Source of the DNA: Chrysochromulina tobinii
Taxonomy: Eukaryota
Assembly: GCA_001275005.1 (NCBI GenBank)
Contig: JWZX01002525.1
Location: 1 to 32,739, forward strand
DNA: 32,739 nucleotides
Direction: 5' to 3'
Shown one piece after another: positions 29,001 to 32,739 of this stretch. Positions within the stretch are counted from its first letter, which is position 1, and every line of letters starts with the position of its first letter. Both the position numbers and the translations under genes were made by a program. The notes beneath the pieces are model-generated. The model made no database searches and had not been told where the DNA came from. It saw only the letters and a list, made by a program, of their open reading frames with translations.

Positions 29001-31875
29001 GCCGCGATGGTTGCGATGGCTGCGGCGACTCACGGGGGGGTGCTCCTTGGAGGCGAATTGACCGCCAAGCTGACCGCAACCCTAGCGCATGCCGGCACCG
29101 GCCTCGCGGGCACCGTGAGTGCCGACCAGCAGCTGTTGTTGACGGCGGGGACGGCTCCCGGGGCTGCGGCGGTCGGACCGGACTCTCGGCTTCGGGAGAC
29201 GCCCCTACCTCGCCTCACAGCGAGGGAAGCCGAGGCAGCGAGAGAGGCAGCGGTGCGGGTGGCGGCAGAGGAGGCGGCGCTGTATGCGCCCACTGCCGCC
29301 GAGGCGCGCGCGCACGATGCATGCAAGCCGCCATCCCGGAACGCCGCGAGCGGTGCCGCCCACCCGTCGACGACTGCACCGCCCTCGCCCTCGCAGCTGC
29401 TGTGTGTGACTTGCGACGCGGCCGGCTGTGTCTCTGTTTGGGCTCTGCCCCAGTGGAATCTGCTCTTCAGCTCGCCATCAGCGATGCTCCTCGGCGCGTC
29501 GGTGGTGCACGACCAGCGTCCTCGTGGCGGTCGGGCTGTCTCCTCTGCCGGTGGAGCGGGCGCCAGCACCCCTCGCGCCCTCGCTGTGCATCCGTCGGGG
29601 GGCAGCGCAGACAACGCCGACGCCGCCGACGGTGCGGGAACGCGCTCGGCGGCCGCGGCGGTGGCGGCGGTCGTGGCCGTCGAGGTGAGGTTCTTTCCCG
29701 TACGCCGGCGCGACTCACCACCGTTGCTCGCCCTCTACTTCGAGCCGCACGAGCTGCTCCTGTTCCGCGCAGTCAAGCATGCTGCCCTCGATGTCGGCGG
29801 CAGCGCCGGGTCCTCGCGCGGGAGTTTCGTCAGTTTCGTACGCGTACCTCACGGCGTGCGCCGATTGTTGCCGCGCGTCACGGACGGGCTTGCGGAAGAA
29901 GAGGCCGCCGAGGCGGCCGGCGGGCGTGCGTTGACCGCCTTCGAGGCCGCCTCACGCCTTGCGCCTCTGGGTCCGCGCCCCTCGCGCCTCGTGCCGCTCG
30001 ATCACTTTGGCGGCGTCGATGGGCCTCTCGACGGAGCCGTTCTCGTCCTTGGCGAGACCGCAGCCGTCCTGTGCATGCAGCGCGACACTGTCTGGACACA
30101 TGAGCTGCTGCCGCCGGCAGGCGGCACGGGCCTCGAGGACGCGATCGTGTGCGCGGCGCCGCTGCATAACATCAACTGCCCGCACGGAGTCGTGCTCATG
30201 GGGCGGGGAGGCCGGCTGCACATCAGCTCGGTACGTGCGCCGCCTCGCGCGGCGAGTGCGACACGGTACGACGTCGCCTGGCCGATGACGAAGATGGGGC
30301 TGCGGGCCACCGGCCACTACGTGTGCCACCTGCCGCTCGCTAAGGCCATCGTAGTCGCCATCTCGGTGGCCGAGCTACTGCCCGATACGGCGCCGCAGCC
30401 CAAGAACCCAAACGCGCCGAACGCCAAAGCGGACAACGTGGCGGTGGCGGCGCTCGAGGGCGCGCCGCGCTATCAGGAGCGTTATGAGCTGAGACTGCTC
30501 GACGAGACGACGTGGGCGACGCTCGATACGTACCCCCTGGGCGAGCAGGAGTGGGTGACCGCCTTGCAGCTGATGACGCTCCAGCGCGAGATGCCCAACC
30601 CGAACGCGCCCAACCCCGCCACACTCCCGGCGCACTTGCGCAACCTGCCCATGTCTGCTGAGCGAATCCGCAAGCCCACGCCGTTGCTCGTGGTCGGCAC
30701 GGCCGTCGTGCTTGGAGAGGACAGCAACTGCACCGGCAGGCTCCTCCTCCTCGACATCGACAGCGTGCTGGAGGGCGGAGCTGGGAAAGGCGGCGGCGAG
30801 GCTGGCGAAGGCGAAGGCGAAGGCGACGCTGACGAGGGCAGCATGCGCATGGTCCGTCGCTTCCGCGTGGCAGTCGATCATGAGGAGCGGGGCCCCATCC
30901 TTTCGGTTGCGCAGATGCAAGGGAAGCTCCAGGTGCGGCTGAGCCACTCCGGACCGTTAATGAGATACGTTAATGAGCTCCGTTAATGAGCTCCGTTAAT
31001 GAGCCACTCCGGACCCTCCAACAGTTGCCGTGCTCCCCTGCCCCCTCCCTCCCCCCATCCCCTCCCGTCCCCTCCCCCGCCTCTTGCTTCAGGTGGGTGT
31101 CGGAGCCAAGCTGGTGACATTTATTTACCGCGAGGACGCGCTCGTCACCTTCGCCTTCTACATCGCGGGCTTCGGCGTCTCCGCTCTCGCGACGCTGCGC
31201 AACTACGTCTTTGCGGGCGATGTGCATCAGGGCGCGCAGCTGCTCACCTGGAAGGAAGACAAACAATCCCTTGTCCTTGTCTCGCGCCACCTGCGCACCA
31301 CCTCCGCCTTCGCGTGCGACTTCTTGCTGCACGAGGGCACGCTGCACCTGGTACTGGCCGAGGCGGGACCCGCAGGCAGCCGGCCGACCCTCCGGCTGCT
31401 CAATTACTCACGCCAAGCTGAAGAGAGCCGCCGCGGGACCATCCTGCTCCCGCGTGCGAGCTTCCATGTCGGGGCGCCGATCACGCGCCTCCAGCGCGTC
31501 GCTGTCGGCGGCGCCGGTGCCGGCGGTACCGGTGCCGGCGGCGCGCGACGGCAAGCGGTTCTGTGGGCGGCAGCAGATGGTTCGATAGGCTTCGTCGTCC
31601 CTCTGGGCGAAACGGCCTTCCGTCGGCTAGGCTTCCTGGCGACCAAGATGGTGGGCGGGCTGCGCCACGACGGCGCGCTCCACCCGCGCGCCTGGCGCGC
31701 CCTCGGCACGAGCGCCACCTCGGCGCGCGAGCTCAAGAATATGCTCGATGGTGGTCTCATCGGTCGCTTCCTCGAGCTCGGGGCCGACGAGCAGCGCCGG
31801 CTGGCGATGCAGATCGGGTCGACACCCGCCAAGGTAGCAGAGGCGCTCACGGAGCTGGCTCGCGGGCTGCCGTGA
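26091..31875 (+). CDS. CPSF1: Cleavage and polyadenylation specificity factor subunit 1 (CPSF160); exons 26091-30932 and 31093-31875 (~1874 aa)
   Basis: RDRVLLAFADAKVSVLE, VRDVAFVEGYAEPVLGVLCEPEQTWSGRL, YLFLGSRVADSLLL, PLHNINCPHG, VVGTAVVLGED..GRLLL, NYVFAGDV and LHPRAWR..KNMLDGGLIGRFLEL....RRLAMQIG are hallmark CPSF160 motifs. Confidence 0.93.
30933..31092 (+). other. GT-AG intron of CPSF1 (160 nt, phase 0) with 14-bp repeats and a C-rich tract
   Basis: CAG|GTGCGG ... TTGCTTCAG|GTGGGT; joins the 1631-aa and 281-aa ORFs in frame. Confidence 0.9.
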
Positions 31876-32539
31876 CCCTTTAGAGATGCGCGCGCGGTGA
31901 GATGCCCCTCGCAGATCCTCGTGCATGCGTCTTGGAGATGAAGCACGGGAGGTGTTACACTGGAGGTACGAGATGCGCGCAAATGTAGGTTTTTGTTATT
32001 GCGCATTGACAGGGGATGATTTCGGTTCAACATCAAAAATGCGCTGCAGCTGCTGTTCAACACAACGCGCGCACACTCTCCGGACCCCCAAGCACAGGAG
32101 CCACTATCTCAGTAATATCCGACCATGGACCGAGCGGTGAGGGCAGAGAGCACCAGAGATCACACTGTGTGCTGGAGCGAGCGAGTACTCGGTACTTGTG
32201 TTGACCGAGGGGAGCGGAGCCGTCCTGTGAGACGGTGGTGTGGTGAGCGCGGGGGGACCGCGACGAAACTGACTGACTGACTGATTGAGGTGTGGCCGAC
32301 ACAGCCCGTGGAGTGCCCGTGGTAACACTACCCGCATTGACACAGGCCGTTAATCGGCAAAGCTTGGGGGAAGAGAAGGTGCCGGACTAGCATCTGTGCC
32401 AGGCCGGTGCATCTCTTCCCCCGCGTAAACCATTTTGCAACTGTGCGCACGCCGCTCACCATGGCGCTCGCTCGTCTTTTTTCTTTGCTTTTCTTCTACC
32501 ATGGTAGGGGGCCGGATGCAAACCATGCTTTTCCAAACC

Positions 32540-32739
32540 ATGCGGCCCGCGCGGGGCTCGTCTCCGGCAGCCACCTGGTTAGCATTTGCAATCCTGCTCA
32601 ACATCTTGCCTGGTTCGGTTCACTCATCCCCGTCGACACCGTCGCCGCCGCCGCCCGCACCCCTGCCGTCGCCACCGCCGCCCACACCCCTGCCGTCGCC
32701 ACCGCCGCCCACACCCCTGCCGTCGCCACCGCCGCCCAC
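32540..32739 (+). CDS. Partial secreted extensin-like protein (signal peptide plus SPPPPTPLP repeats), runs off window
   Basis: MRPARGSSPAATWLAFAILLNILPGSVHS followed by SPSTPSPPPPAPLP(SPPPPTPLP)n with a 27-bp unit. In-frame upstream ATGs at 32501, 32516 and 32525. Not in the ORF track. Confidence 0.7.
   Translation, partial: MRPARGSSPAATWLAFAILLNILPGSVHSSPSTPSPPPPAPLPSPPPPTPLPSPPPPTPLPSPPPP

Noticed and set aside
10391..30947. Numerous long overlapping or antisense ORFs (e.g. 10391..11302, 14762..15919, 17509..18501, 26078..27052)
   Set aside because: Expected shadow ORFs in very GC-rich coding DNA; no motifs

Overview
GC-rich, gene-dense eukaryotic nuclear DNA. Short spliceosomal introns filled with 10-bp tandem repeats, Ala-rich inserts and a flagellar PGPGxY protein suggest a flagellate alga, probably a haptophyte (inference). 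Genes in order: a partial RS-rich protein missed by the ORF track (1-327, -), an intron-containing ARM-repeat protein, a membrane-anchored FkbM-like methyltransferase-fold gene with a frame break, a decayed Pro-rich region, a putative glycosyltransferase-like protein, a hypothetical protein, an MFS transporter, a SHIPPO/STPG2-like protein, GCP4, a C2H2 zinc-finger protein with a probable C-terminal 2OG-Fe(II) dioxygenase domain, an AlkB-family dioxygenase with UBA-like and Tudor-like flanking domains, a secreted or anchored acidic protein, PEX11, CPSF1, and a partial secreted SP4-repeat protein. Two signals stand out. (1) A tandem pair of intronless 2OG-Fe(II)/AlkB-type dioxygenases, each fused to a DNA or chromatin reader, is separated by a hairpin-rich spacer; it is a candidate targeted nucleic-acid or chromatin modification module. 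(2) Several introns carry internal copies of their own spliced exon-exon junction interleaved with a 10-bp repeat family, and there are in-frame 'nascent' versions, suggesting intron birth by local duplication. All calls are by-eye motif recognition; no searches were run.
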